From Polyangiales bacterium (GTDB lineage: Bacteria; Myxococcota_A; Polyangia; Polyangiales; Polyangiaceae), in the NCBI GenBank assembly GCA_038230375.1, contig JBBRNJ010000020.1:32001-96000 (forward strand): DNA of 64,000 nucleotides, read 5' to 3'. The notes under the pieces were generated by a model. It was not told where the DNA came from and searched no databases. It worked only from the letters and a program-made list of their open reading frames with translations. Made by a program: the position numbers and the translations under genes. Every line of letters starts with the position of its first letter. The first letter of the stretch is position 1. Below, piece after piece: positions 1 to 13,202 of the stretch.

Positions 1-69
1 GGACGGGCGCAGATGAACTTTCGCTGACGTATTTCGGCAACCCTCGACCCGAGCGGTCGATGGGAAAGC

Positions 70-1029
70 ATGACCGACCAGATCTCCCGGACCGACCGCG
101 CCCGCGCGTACGAACCCGAGCACAACGACCACCCGACAGAGCCGCAAACCACGCGGCCCAACCCGCGTGAGATCGACTGGAACGCGTTCGGACACGGCTC
201 CACGGCGCTCGATCACCACCTGGACAAGAGCCTCGACACGTTCGTGAAGAACAAGAACGTGATGATGCTCGGCATGAACGAGGCCCGCATCAGCGGCCCG
301 AAACAGAACGAAGCCGAGTGGACCGCGATCCAGACCGAGGCGCAGCGCTCGGGCATCAGCGCAGTTCACATCAACGCGTCGTACAGCAGCGTCGTCAGGC
401 ACGGCGGTCAGTCGTTCGACCTCTCGATCGCAGGTCAGGGAAGAAAGCTCGCCGCGTCGCTCGGAATTCCCGACGAGAACACGACGCGCGACATCGGGAA
501 CGTCCTCGAGAACGCGCCGCCCGAGGGACGCGACGAGCTCGCGCGCATCGCGATGCAGTGGGCGTGCGCCGAGCGCCCGGGCGCCGCCGCGCAGCACACG
601 GTTCCCGCGCGCCTCATGTTCTCGGGTCACTGCGGCGGCGACTCGTTCTACGACGGCGCACGAACCGAGCACCAGAACGAGGTGAAACACGCGGACATCC
701 AGGCGCTCGCGCGTGCGATGCCTCACGCCTCGGCGCAGGTCCGCGACGTGATGTTCTCCGCCTGCAGCACCATGCCGCATGCCGAGAAGGAAGCGACAGT
801 TGCGGCCTGGCGCTCGGCGTTCCCGAACCTTTCGAGCATGCAGGGCTACGGAAGCCCGGTCGACTATCACTCACCGACGGGCGACCTCGCCATCATCCAT
901 GAGCGCGTCTGGCTGAACGACACGCGCACCAGTGGCGGCGCCCCACATCTCCGGACCGACAAGCAGCTGTCGTTCGCATCGCACACGATGATCTGGAAGA
1001 ACCCTGATACTTTCGAGGTCGGCAAATGA
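70..1029 (+). CDS. Hypothetical protein with caspase/CHAT-like (clan CD) His-Cys motifs
   Basis: 319-aa ORF containing LMFSGHCGG and DVMFSACST, resembling the hhxGH and hhhSAC catalytic motifs of caspase-fold peptidases. Its stop overlaps the next ATG (ATGA). Confidence 0.55.
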   Translation: MTDQISRTDRARAYEPEHNDHPTEPQTTRPNPREIDWNAFGHGSTALDHHLDKSLDTFVKNKNVMMLGMNEARISGPKQNEAEWTAIQTEAQRSGISAVHINASYSSVVRHGGQSFDLSIAGQGRKLAASLGIPDENTTRDIGNVLENAPPEGRDELARIAMQWACAERPGAAAQHTVPARLMFSGHCGGDSFYDGARTEHQNEVKHADIQALARAMPHASAQVRDVMFSACSTMPHAEKEATVAAWRSAFPNLSSMQGYGSPVDYHSPTGDLAIIHERVWLNDTRTSGGAPHLRTDKQLSFASHTMIWKNPDTFEVGK

Positions 1030-1637
1030 ACGCTCGCATTGCTCTGTTCGTCATTCTGGCCGCGTCCGTGACCCTCTCCCGCGAGCACCAAGCGCAGGCG
1101 TGCTTCAACGTGACGCAGCTGGAGCTGGACCAGGACACGAAACGCGTGAAGGCCGCAGAGGACGCGCTCGCCAACGACGACTACGCAGCCGCGCGCCAGA
1201 AGTCCGCCACGACGCTTCGCGTGACGAAGAGCTGGTGGTCAAACAACGCCAGCTGGACCGACCGCCAGGCAGACCTCGTTGCGTGGGCGCCCATCGCCCG
1301 GCGCGCCCTGCGGGTTCATTCACTCGCGACGGTCCGCGACGCGAGCAGCACCACGGCTGACAGGGAGCTCGCCACGAAGAACCTCATTGCGCTCATGAAG
1401 CGCGATCCGGATCCCACGCTCGCGATCGACACGGCCGAGGCGATGGCGAAGTCCCCCGAGAAGGAGGCGCTCGCGCTCATGATGCTCCGCGTGCAGGCCG
1501 AGAAGGATCTGATAGGCAGCGCGCACGCGTATGCCGCGCTGACGCGACTGGAGCGCGCGCACGGGAATGAGGCAGCCGCGGTGACTGCGCACGAGCGGTG
1601 CGTGCGCATGGCGAAACACGCGCGCGTGTGCGAATAG
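1026..1637 (+). CDS. Secreted helical (TPR-like) hypothetical protein
   Basis: Signal peptide ending AQA-C; Ala/Leu-rich helical body; translationally coupled to the upstream gene. Confidence 0.6.
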   Translation: MNARIALFVILAASVTLSREHQAQACFNVTQLELDQDTKRVKAAEDALANDDYAAARQKSATTLRVTKSWWSNNASWTDRQADLVAWAPIARRALRVHSLATVRDASSTTADRELATKNLIALMKRDPDPTLAIDTAEAMAKSPEKEALALMMLRVQAEKDLIGSAHAYAALTRLERAHGNEAAAVTAHERCVRMAKHARVCE

Positions 1638-1689
1638 GAGGTTTGGTCTTCCCGTCGGCGCGCGGGGCTGCTACTCGACTTCTCTCGAC

Positions 1690-5010
<3,321 letters not shown>

Positions 5011-5012
5011 GC

Positions 5013-5083
5013 GACGACGACTTCGACCTCACCTGGACCTCGACCTCGACCTCGACCTCGACCTCGACTTCGACCTCGACCTC
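5013..5083. repeat. (GACCTC)n hexamer tandem repeat between convergent genes
   Basis: Eight consecutive GACCTC/GACTTC units at 5036-5083, plus degenerate units upstream. Confidence 0.9.
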
Positions 5084-6356
5084 ACCCCTTCCGCTGCTCC
5101 TTGTGATCTTCGATTTCGAGCTCTGCGGAGGCTCCGTCCAGATCATCCGTCATCACCACGCGGAGGCGCTTTTTCAAGGCTGGATCGCGCACGGTCTCGC
5201 ACACTTCTTCCACACGGGCGGTGGCCTCGTCGCCTGCGATTCGATAGAGCACGCGCGCGGCGCCCACGCGTATGTCAGGAGCGGCGTCCGGATCTTCGAG
5301 GGCGCGTAGCAGTGATTCCTTCGTGAGGTTCACGCTCCGGTAGCCGCCTCCCATCGTCGTCGCTGCCCCGTCAAGGCGCTCGAGCCAGGCGCGTGGAGCG
5401 TCCGCGGAGCTTCTCATGAGGAGCTCCACACCGGTCGCGGCCTCGGAGGCCTGAAGCTCCCCGTGGGCGCGGCGTCCGGCGTCGCGGAGCTGGCCGGCGA
5501 TGTGCTCGATCTCCAGGTCCGACGCGCCGTTCAGCGAGTGGCTCGCGCGATAGAGGGGGATGCTCAGCTGCGGGAGCATCGAGCGCGCGATGCGAATCGA
5601 CTGGGGCTCCACGCTCACGTCCTCGATGGCCGAGTAAGGGATGTGCGTTGTCTTGTTATTGAGCCCATGGAAGACGCCCGCATCGTTGAACCAGATCGCG
5701 CCATTGCGGATGGCCGCATCACGACGGAAGAAGGGCCCCAGGTAGACCACGGCGAGCGAGCAGACGAGCATGAGCCACATGAGGATCGACGTGGGCTCCT
5801 CGTTCATCGCGTAGAACGCGAGCACCAGCGCCGCGAAGCCGCCCGCGATCCGCGCGAGGTTCGTCGCGAGCTCGAAGTTTCCGCCGGAGACCTTCCACGC
5901 GAGCGTGCCGTAGCCGCCAAAGCCGATCCCGAGCGCCTGACGGATCTCGGCGGCGTTCTCGGATCTCTTGACCACGAAGTGCAGCGGCCGGCCCATGCGC
6001 GCGGCCCGCGAGATGGCGATGGTGGTGGTTCCGTCCTGACCCACCGACGTGGATGCGCCGCTGACATCCGCCGTATCGATGTTCTGGTTCAAGAGCCCCG
6101 CGTCCCGGACGCGCACCCTGCCGGACGAGAGCAGTAGCTCGCACTTGCGCGAACGGTGTCGCCCCAGCAGCGGGCGCGCGAAGAGAAGCAGGAGCGCGGC
6201 AAGGTAGAACGCGGGGCCTGGGCTTGCGCTGTCCAGGGCGGCCCACAGGTAGTCGAGCACCAGCGTGACAACGGCGAGCGATGGCAGCAACAGTCGTGTC
6301 CAGACGGGACCGATGGGATCCGAGATGCGCGCGCGGAACGACCGCTCCGCGCTCAT
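5082..6356 (-). CDS. Membrane protein with C-terminal helical (HEAT-like) domain; paralog of 6353-7612
   Basis: Start MSAERS at 6356 overlaps the upstream stop (ATGA). About four hydrophobic segments; C-terminal WLERLD..GYR..LEDPDA..RVGAARVL. Confidence 0.75.
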   Translation of the reverse strand: MSAERSFRARISDPIGPVWTRLLLPSLAVVTLVLDYLWAALDSASPGPAFYLAALLLLFARPLLGRHRSRKCELLLSSGRVRVRDAGLLNQNIDTADVSGASTSVGQDGTTTIAISRAARMGRPLHFVVKRSENAAEIRQALGIGFGGYGTLAWKVSGGNFELATNLARIAGGFAALVLAFYAMNEEPTSILMWLMLVCSLAVVYLGPFFRRDAAIRNGAIWFNDAGVFHGLNNKTTHIPYSAIEDVSVEPQSIRIARSMLPQLSIPLYRASHSLNGASDLEIEHIAGQLRDAGRRAHGELQASEAATGVELLMRSSADAPRAWLERLDGAATTMGGGYRSVNLTKESLLRALEDPDAAPDIRVGAARVLYRIAGDEATARVEEVCETVRDPALKKRLRVVMTDDLDGASAELEIEDHKEQRKG

Positions 6357-7612
6357 CGGTGCATCATCTTCCGCATCTCTTCTCGTTCGAGTGTCTCGAG
6401 CTCGCGACCGGCGCTCTCGAGATCGTCCGTGAGCGCGATGCGAATGCGCTTCTGCGCGCCCTCTTGCCGCACGGCGCCGATGATCGTGTCGACGCGAATG
6501 CGCGCATCGGGGCTGCGATCCTTGAGGAGACGCGCGGAGGCGGCGCGCATCTCCACGTCCGCGTCTGGATCCTCCAGGATGGTCCAGAGGTCCGCCTCGT
6601 CCAGCGAACCGCCGCGGTAGCTCTGGTTGCCCACTGTCTGCGCGGCGACATCGAGCCGGGCAAGCCACGAGCGCGGGGCCTCGCCGTTGCGCTTCAAGAT
6701 GTCAACGCGTGTGGTGGTCTCGGGCTTGGGCGGAGCGGCACCGTGCGCGCGTTGCGATGCGGACAGGAGCTGCGCGACCGCGAGCGTGCGCTCCTCACGG
6801 CTCAGTCCCTGGTACATGAACATGGTCGGCTTCGCCTTCACGAAGACCGGCGGGTACGGCGGGTGGAGCACGATCGCGATGCCGTCGGGCTGCTCCTCGA
6901 TACCGGCGATCGCGGCGTAGGGGATCACGCGCCACCCGAGCGGCCCGAACACATGCACGCCGTCCGCGCGCATCGCCACGTACGGCGCGACGGAGGACGA
7001 GCCGCTGGCCTTCACGAGCAAGCCCACGAGCGCGCCGATGATCGCCATCACCACGAACGCGATATAGCCGTCACCCCCCTCCCCGAAGTGCATGGCGGCG
7101 GCGCCGAGGAAGCCCATGGCCGACAGCCCGCGCAGCACCGCGTCGCCCGTGCGCCCGGTCTGTGGCTCAGTGGAGAAGAACACGGTGCCGAAGCCGTCAT
7201 GACCGATGCCGAGCGCGTCGCGGACCTTCTTCACTTCGTCGAGGGACTTCACGACGAGCTGGATGGGGACGTTCTTCCGCTTCTTGTGGTTCAGTGTGAG
7301 GAGGACGCCTTCGGGAACGAGCGCCGTGGTCGCGCCCAGGATGTCCTTCGCACGGATCTTCTGGTTGAGGCGGCCGCCCTTCTTGATGGCCACGTAGCCG
7401 GGGTGGAACTCGAGCTCGGCCTGGCGCGGACCGATGCGCGGCGGAATGAACGGCGTGAGGCAGAGGAAGAGGCCGCTGGCGATGAAGAGCGAGAACGTGG
7501 CAGCGTCACCGACGGGCAGCGCGCACGCCAAAACGAATGCGAGCGGCGAGAGCAACCACGGCAGCAGGCGATAGAGAGGCGGGCCGACGGGATCGAAGAC
7601 CTTCGCTCTCAT
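6353..7612 (-). CDS. Membrane protein, tandem paralog of 5082-6356
   Basis: Likely start MRAKVFDP at 7612. Shares LNQxI, ALGIG, IPY and WLARLD..SYR..LEDPDA..RAASARLL with its neighbour. Confidence 0.75.
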   Translation of the reverse strand: MRAKVFDPVGPPLYRLLPWLLSPLAFVLACALPVGDAATFSLFIASGLFLCLTPFIPPRIGPRQAELEFHPGYVAIKKGGRLNQKIRAKDILGATTALVPEGVLLTLNHKKRKNVPIQLVVKSLDEVKKVRDALGIGHDGFGTVFFSTEPQTGRTGDAVLRGLSAMGFLGAAAMHFGEGGDGYIAFVVMAIIGALVGLLVKASGSSSVAPYVAMRADGVHVFGPLGWRVIPYAAIAGIEEQPDGIAIVLHPPYPPVFVKAKPTMFMYQGLSREERTLAVAQLLSASQRAHGAAPPKPETTTRVDILKRNGEAPRSWLARLDVAAQTVGNQSYRGGSLDEADLWTILEDPDADVEMRAASARLLKDRSPDARIRVDTIIGAVRQEGAQKRIRIALTDDLESAGRELETLEREEMRKMMHR

Positions 7613-7678
7613 GGAGCCATGACGGTACCACGCCCAAAGCCCTCCGGAAACGCACCCGGCGGTGTAGACTCGAACGCC

Positions 7679-8164
7679 GTGAACGGCCCGAGCAACTCCG
7701 CGACCCGGTATCCGCGCGCGAGCGTGCTCGAGCACCGCGGGCGGCTCGTGGACCTTGCGAAAGAAGCGCTCGCGAAGGCCGTGGCGGAGCGCGAGGCGCG
7801 CGAAATGGCGAAGGCGCGGGCCGAGGGGGACGTGACCCGGGCCGAGGCGGCGCGCGCCCAGGTCACGGCCGAGGAGGCGGCTCGTCTGGCGCGCGGCGAG
7901 CTCCGCGCAGACGACCTCACGCGGCAGGCGGCGTGGGAGGGGGCCGTGCAGGCGGAGCTCGCCGAGCTACGCAGAAAAGTCGCGGCCGCGTCCGACCTGC
8001 TGGAAGATGGCGTCGCGAAGGAGCGCGAGGCGCTCGCCGAGCTGGCGAATAGGAAGGCGGACGTGGACGTTCTGGAGAAGGACCGCGAGCGATATCTTCT
8101 GGAGGAGCGCAAGAAGGCGGAGGCGCGTGAAGAAGAGGCCAGCGCCGAGGCCAGACGCAGATGA
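7679..8164 (+). CDS. Coiled-coil protein, SctO/YscO/FliJ-like
   Basis: ~160 aa, all-helical and charged. N-terminal RYPxxxVLEHR and C-terminal VLEKDRERY..EAREEE follow the T3SS stalk-protein pattern. Start (GTG 7679 or ATG 7619) is uncertain. Confidence 0.55.
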   Translation: MNGPSNSATRYPRASVLEHRGRLVDLAKEALAKAVAEREAREMAKARAEGDVTRAEAARAQVTAEEAARLARGELRADDLTRQAAWEGAVQAELAELRRKVAAASDLLEDGVAKEREALAELANRKADVDVLEKDRERYLLEERKKAEAREEEASAEARRR

Positions 8165-10527
8165 TGAGCCATCGCAAACGTACGCGCCGCGCGCTGCTGG
8201 CACTCTTGCTGCCACCGGTGATCGCGCTGTCCTGTCACGATCAGACCACGCCCGCGCCGCACGCTGCGCTGTCCGCCGCGAAGGAGCCTGCGGGCGGTGG
8301 CCACGACACGGCGGACGGCGGCGCGCGTGGCCACGCGGACGACGAGATCGCATCCGTGCTGTGGGATCCGCGCTTTGCAGACGCGAAAAAGATGCATTAT
8401 GCACATGATTTTCGTGGCGAGGCGACCGCGCTGCGCGACGGGATCGGCAAGGGCGGAATATCCCCCGCGGACCTGTGCGCGGTGGCCTATGCGGCCGGGC
8501 GCGCGGCCGTGGCAGCAGACGACTCACAAGGCGCGATCACCATGTTCGACATGGCGGCAAAGGACGGCTGTCCGCTGGCCTCTTACGCGAAGGTGCGTGG
8601 GGCACAGGCGAAGGCGCGCGTGGCCGGTGCCGACGTTGCGCTCGCGCAGGCGGTTTCGGTGTCGGACGCGCCGCTGCTGGAGGACGAACGCAACCTGGTG
8701 ATCGCCGACTGCAAGTGGGAGAAGGGCGGGCACGCAGATGCGGCGCCGCTCTACCGGGCGTGGCTCAAGAACAACCCGCGCGGCCTCCGCTGGGTGGACG
8801 TGGCGCTCAAGATCGCGGAGGTGGATCTGGAAGGCACGCCCGATGAGGCGCGCGCGAAGGACGCGTTCGAGCTGTCCACGCGCGTGCTGCTCGAGGCGCC
8901 GAAGCTGGAGCAAGACAAGGCGCAGGATCAGCGCCGGCGCGCCGCGCTCGCACGCAAGATGAGCCCGGACCTCACCTTCGACGAGCGCGGCCGACGCGCG
9001 CGCGGCCTGCTCGACACCGGAGAGACGCAGAAGGCTCTCGACCTTGCACGGAGCGTCCTTGCCGACACGCGAGCGTTGCCGGAAGAGAAGTGCCGCTCCG
9101 CCATGGTCCGCGCAGGCGCGGAGAAGGCCAAGCCCGCGTTGCTCACGGCGTGGACAGAGGCGGCGAAGCTCTGCGAGAAGAGTGACGACGACCTGGTGAC
9201 GGCGCTCTACAACGGCGCCAAGGTCGCCGCCAGCTTGAAGCGGGGCGCAGAGGCGCTCGCGCTCTTCGCGAAGGTGGAAGAGAAGTTCCCATCGCACCGG
9301 CTCGCGGACGACGCGATGTTCCGCTCCTCGCTCGTCATGAAGCAGATGGGCGACGACGCCAAGGTCGAAGCCACACTCTCCACCATCGTCGACAAGTACC
9401 CCACCGGTGACATGGCGGACGAAGGGCTCTTCCTTGCGGCCCTTGGGCACCTCGCGAAGAGCGACGATGCTGGCGCCAAGGGACACCTGGACAAGATCAT
9501 CGCGCGCGAGGCGGGACAGAACCGGCACTGGGCCACGGGCGGACGCGCGCCGTATTTCCGCGCGCGCATCACCGAGCGCGAGGGCAACACGGCGGACGCC
9601 AAGAAGGCCTACGTAGACATCATCACCGGCGTTCCGCTCGGGTATTACGCGTGGCTCGCGCAGGCACGGCTGGCGGCGCTGGACCCGGCCGCAGCGACAC
9701 AGGCGTTCTCGCTCGCCGAACAGAAGGATGACGCCGCCTCCGCCTCCCCCTCCCCACCCGGCGAGGAGCCCGAGCGCGACTCGTTCGTCCTGGGCAGGCG
9801 CCTCCTGGCCGTGGGCGAGGTCGACCTCGCGAAGCGCGCCATGGCCCAGCGCGGGCCGGACGCGAAGGACCTGAAGGACGACCTGGACGAAAAGGTGCAT
9901 ATTGCACGCATCCTGAGCCGCGGCCGCGAATGGGACGACGCGATCGCGTTCTCGCGCGGCAAGACGAGCGACCTCTACGCGCACTACCCGCGCGGCAAGT
10001 GGAAGGCCGCGTGGGAGGCAGCGTACCCGCGCGCATTCGAGGACGAGGTCGTCCAGGCCAGCGGCAAGAACGGCGTGCCCGTCATGCTCACGTGGGCGAT
10101 CATGCGGGAGGAGTCCTCCTTCATTCCGGATGTGAAGAGCCCCGCGAATGCGTTCGGCCTGATGCAGCTCATCCCGCCCACCGCCAAGATGGTCGCGCAG
10201 GGCACCAACCTTCCGATCGACGAGGCATCGTTGAAAAGGCCCGAGGTGTCGATCGCGCTCGGGACCAAGCTCCTCGCATCGCTGCGCTCCACGGAGGCGC
10301 ACCCGTTGCTCGCGATCGCTGCATACAATGGCGGCGGTGGTGCCGTGCGGCGCTGGCTCTCGGAGCTGCCGTCGAAGGACGTCGATCTGTTCGTGGAGCT
10401 CATTCCCTACGACGAGACGCGCGGCTACGTGAAGCGCGTGACCATGACAGAGCTCGTGTATGCGTACCTCTACGACCGGCAGGGCTATGACGAGCTCACG
10501 AAGATGCCGCTCACGATCGCACATTGA
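8161..10527 (+). CDS. Soluble lytic transglycosylase (Slt family) with TPR-like repeats, putative lipoprotein
   Basis: AIMREES, AFGLMQL, AAYNGG and ETRGYVKRV SLT motifs; lipobox-like ALSC. Confidence 0.92.
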   Translation: MMSHRKRTRRALLALLLPPVIALSCHDQTTPAPHAALSAAKEPAGGGHDTADGGARGHADDEIASVLWDPRFADAKKMHYAHDFRGEATALRDGIGKGGISPADLCAVAYAAGRAAVAADDSQGAITMFDMAAKDGCPLASYAKVRGAQAKARVAGADVALAQAVSVSDAPLLEDERNLVIADCKWEKGGHADAAPLYRAWLKNNPRGLRWVDVALKIAEVDLEGTPDEARAKDAFELSTRVLLEAPKLEQDKAQDQRRRAALARKMSPDLTFDERGRRARGLLDTGETQKALDLARSVLADTRALPEEKCRSAMVRAGAEKAKPALLTAWTEAAKLCEKSDDDLVTALYNGAKVAASLKRGAEALALFAKVEEKFPSHRLADDAMFRSSLVMKQMGDDAKVEATLSTIVDKYPTGDMADEGLFLAALGHLAKSDDAGAKGHLDKIIAREAGQNRHWATGGRAPYFRARITEREGNTADAKKAYVDIITGVPLGYYAWLAQARLAALDPAAATQAFSLAEQKDDAASASPSPPGEEPERDSFVLGRRLLAVGEVDLAKRAMAQRGPDAKDLKDDLDEKVHIARILSRGREWDDAIAFSRGKTSDLYAHYPRGKWKAAWEAAYPRAFEDEVVQASGKNGVPVMLTWAIMREESSFIPDVKSPANAFGLMQLIPPTAKMVAQGTNLPIDEASLKRPEVSIALGTKLLASLRSTEAHPLLAIAAYNGGGGAVRRWLSELPSKDVDLFVELIPYDETRGYVKRVTMTELVYAYLYDRQGYDELTKMPLTIAH

Positions 10528-13196
10528 CGTCCATGACCATGGAGCGCGAGCGCCTCGTCATCGTGCCCACGGAGAGTCACGTGCTGTTCTTTGCGCGCGC
10601 GGGCGTGCATGCGGAGACGCGGCGCGCCCTTTTCCGCAGGCTGGCAGCCGCCCTGCTATCGGGTGCTGACACACCCGCGATCGCCACGCGCGTCGAGGCG
10701 GAGCTCGCCGCATCGCACGCTCATGGAAGCCCGCGGCTCGCGCGCGCAGCGGAGCGCGCCATGGACCTCCTCGTGGACGCGCACGGCGACACCGTCGCGG
10801 CGATGAGGATGCTGCCGAAGACTCGCCTGCGCGGCCTGCAAAAGGGCGTAAAGCAAGCGCGGGAGCGGCTCCTGGCCCGGGGCCTGCTTCATCCGCGCGA
10901 GACGCCGGCGCGGCTCGCACAGGCGATCGCAGAAACCGAACCTACGCGCATGGCGGCGCTGTGCGGCGCGCGTCACGTGGAGGCCCGCTTCATCCACGAC
11001 TTGTCTGCGAGCGATGGCGTTTTTTTTCGCGCGCTGGATGCCGCTCTCTCTCGCGCGGGTGGATCTGCCGCCGTGGTGCTGCCCGAACTGGACGCGCGCT
11101 TCGACGCCGCACGCGAGGAGAGCCCGCACGAACGCATAGCCATGGCGTGCGCCCGCGAGCTGGACGCAGCACCCCGATTCGTGACGGTCACCGTCCCCTC
11201 CACCTGGGCGATCTCGGCGCCCGCGGAGGTCGTCGCGAAGACCTCGCTGATCCGCGCCGCAGACCGCGCCGCCGAGGTGAGCGCGTGCGCCGCGTTGGTG
11301 AAGGACGCGAAGGAGCGCGGCGTCCCGCTCGACGAGATCGGCATCGCCCTGCCCCTGCGCGGCGGCCTGATGGAAGCGGAGCTCGCACGCGCTCTCGCAG
11401 AGCACGGTCTCCGATCAAGCCACGCCGACCCCGAGCTTGGCGACGATCCCACCGTGCGGCGCTTCGAAAAGCGCCTGCGCGAGAAGCTCCCCGCGCGCGC
11501 CACACGGGCTGCGTACCTTGCGCTTTGTGCGGCCGAGATCGCGGAGTCCGAGGAGGCGCAGCGCGGTGGCGTGGGCGCATTCGGTGTCCTTGCCACGGAC
11601 GCAACGCCCGACGCCCTGGGCCGCACGGAGCTCACAGCCCTCACGCGCGCGGCGGCAGCGTGGGACGCTCTCGCATTCGCGGACTACGCGGCCGCGACGA
11701 AGCGCCTGGGCATTGCGGACGAAGAGCTCGCGCTCGGCGCATTCCTGCTGGAAACAAGGGCCTCGCTGCCCAGCCCCCGCGATCCGGCGACGCGACGCGT
11801 AGCCGCGGTGCGAATCGGCACGCTCACGGATTTCGTCGGGCTGCCAATGGGCCTGCTGATCGTGGCCGCGTCGAACGACCGCGTGGACGGCGCGGAGAAT
11901 GCAGTGATCGCCGACCCGCTGGTGAGGCGCCTCTTGGACGAGCGCCGCGCCGCTCACGCCGTGTCCGTCGCCACGTGTCTGGACGCCGCGCGCACCGTCG
12001 TCTTCTCGTTCCAGGCCCGCGACGAGGACGGCGGCGAGCTGGCACCTGCGCCGTACGCGGCCTGGCTGGAGCGCGGCGGCGCGAGCGTGCTCTCCGTGGG
12101 TGCTTCGCCGCTCGGACCGGGACGCGGCGCACCACGCGATCTGCGGCTGCGCGCCTTCGCCGGCGATCACGCGCTGGGCAGGAGGCTCGCGCCGGACGCG
12201 GCGATGCGCGCAGAGGTGGAGCTCACGCGCGAGCAATTCTTCCTGGACCCGTCGCGCACCGCCACCGCACTCACGGGGCTACTCCGGCCCACGCCTGCGC
12301 TGGCCCACATCCTTGCGACGGAGACCGGAGCCGAGCGCGCCATCTCGGTCACCGCCGTGGAGCACATGGCGCAATGCGGGTTCGTGGGCTTTGCCGAATG
12401 CGTTCTGGGCGCACGCGAGAAGGCCGAGGAGGAGCGCCTGCCCAGCGTCCGCGACGAAGGCACGCTCGTTCACGAGGCGCTCGCCCGCGCGTTCAATGCG
12501 TGCAAACTGCATCTTTCCCTTCCACCGTCGCGACGAGACACGGAGGAGATCATCGCGCTCGGCCTGGGTGCGGCGAATGCCGGCTTCGCCGAGGAGACGC
12601 CGGAGGTCATCCGGGCGCGGGTGCGCGCCTCCGTGCAGGCACTGCTGGCCGTCGCGCTCGAGGACGTGACCTACACGTTCCAGCACGCGGAGCAGGGCTT
12701 CGGAGGCCATGACTCGCCGTGGCCTGCACATCGCATCACCGATGGCGGTCGAACGCTCATGGTGCGCGGACAGATCGATCGCGTGGACGTCAGCGCTGGG
12801 TCCGTGCGCGTCATCGACTACAAGCGCCGCACTGGCACCATCAAGAAGGTGCTCAGAAAGCTGGGCGAAACGAGCCTCCAGGTGCCGCTCTATGCGTGCG
12901 TGGCAGCGCGCGTGCTCGGGCGACAGAAGGGCGAGAGCGGGTTCTTGCCCACGGACCCGCGCGATCTCGGCGATGCGGGGACGCCGCCGCGCGGCTTGTC
13001 GGACGCCATGGCGCGGGTCCTTGCAGAGGAGGACGGGCTCGCCGTCATCGAGCGGCGGGCGCTCGACATCGTGACCACCCTCCGTGCGGGTGACGTGCGC
13101 CCGTTGCCGCGCGACCCGAACCAGTGCGGCTATTGCGCACATGACGGCGGCTGCCGTAAGCCGCGCTTCACGATCGAGCACGAGCACGAGGACTGA
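10524..13196 (+). CDS. AddB-like PD-(D/E)XK nuclease with predicted Fe-S cluster and degenerate helicase-like N-terminus
   Basis: SVTAVEHMAQC, GTLVHEAL, RGQIDRVD, VIDYK, LQVPLY and C-terminal CGYCxxxxxC. Confidence 0.8.
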   Translation: MTSMTMERERLVIVPTESHVLFFARAGVHAETRRALFRRLAAALLSGADTPAIATRVEAELAASHAHGSPRLARAAERAMDLLVDAHGDTVAAMRMLPKTRLRGLQKGVKQARERLLARGLLHPRETPARLAQAIAETEPTRMAALCGARHVEARFIHDLSASDGVFFRALDAALSRAGGSAAVVLPELDARFDAAREESPHERIAMACARELDAAPRFVTVTVPSTWAISAPAEVVAKTSLIRAADRAAEVSACAALVKDAKERGVPLDEIGIALPLRGGLMEAELARALAEHGLRSSHADPELGDDPTVRRFEKRLREKLPARATRAAYLALCAAEIAESEEAQRGGVGAFGVLATDATPDALGRTELTALTRAAAAWDALAFADYAAATKRLGIADEELALGAFLLETRASLPSPRDPATRRVAAVRIGTLTDFVGLPMGLLIVAASNDRVDGAENAVIADPLVRRLLDERRAAHAVSVATCLDAARTVVFSFQARDEDGGELAPAPYAAWLERGGASVLSVGASPLGPGRGAPRDLRLRAFAGDHALGRRLAPDAAMRAEVELTREQFFLDPSRTATALTGLLRPTPALAHILATETGAERAISVTAVEHMAQCGFVGFAECVLGAREKAEEERLPSVRDEGTLVHEALARAFNACKLHLSLPPSRRDTEEIIALGLGAANAGFAEETPEVIRARVRASVQALLAVALEDVTYTFQHAEQGFGGHDSPWPAHRITDGGRTLMVRGQIDRVDVSAGSVRVIDYKRRTGTIKKVLRKLGETSLQVPLYACVAARVLGRQKGESGFLPTDPRDLGDAGTPPRGLSDAMARVLAEEDGLAVIERRALDIVTTLRAGDVRPLPRDPNQCGYCAHDGGCRKPRFTIEHEHED

Positions 13197-13202
13197 GCTC
13201 GT

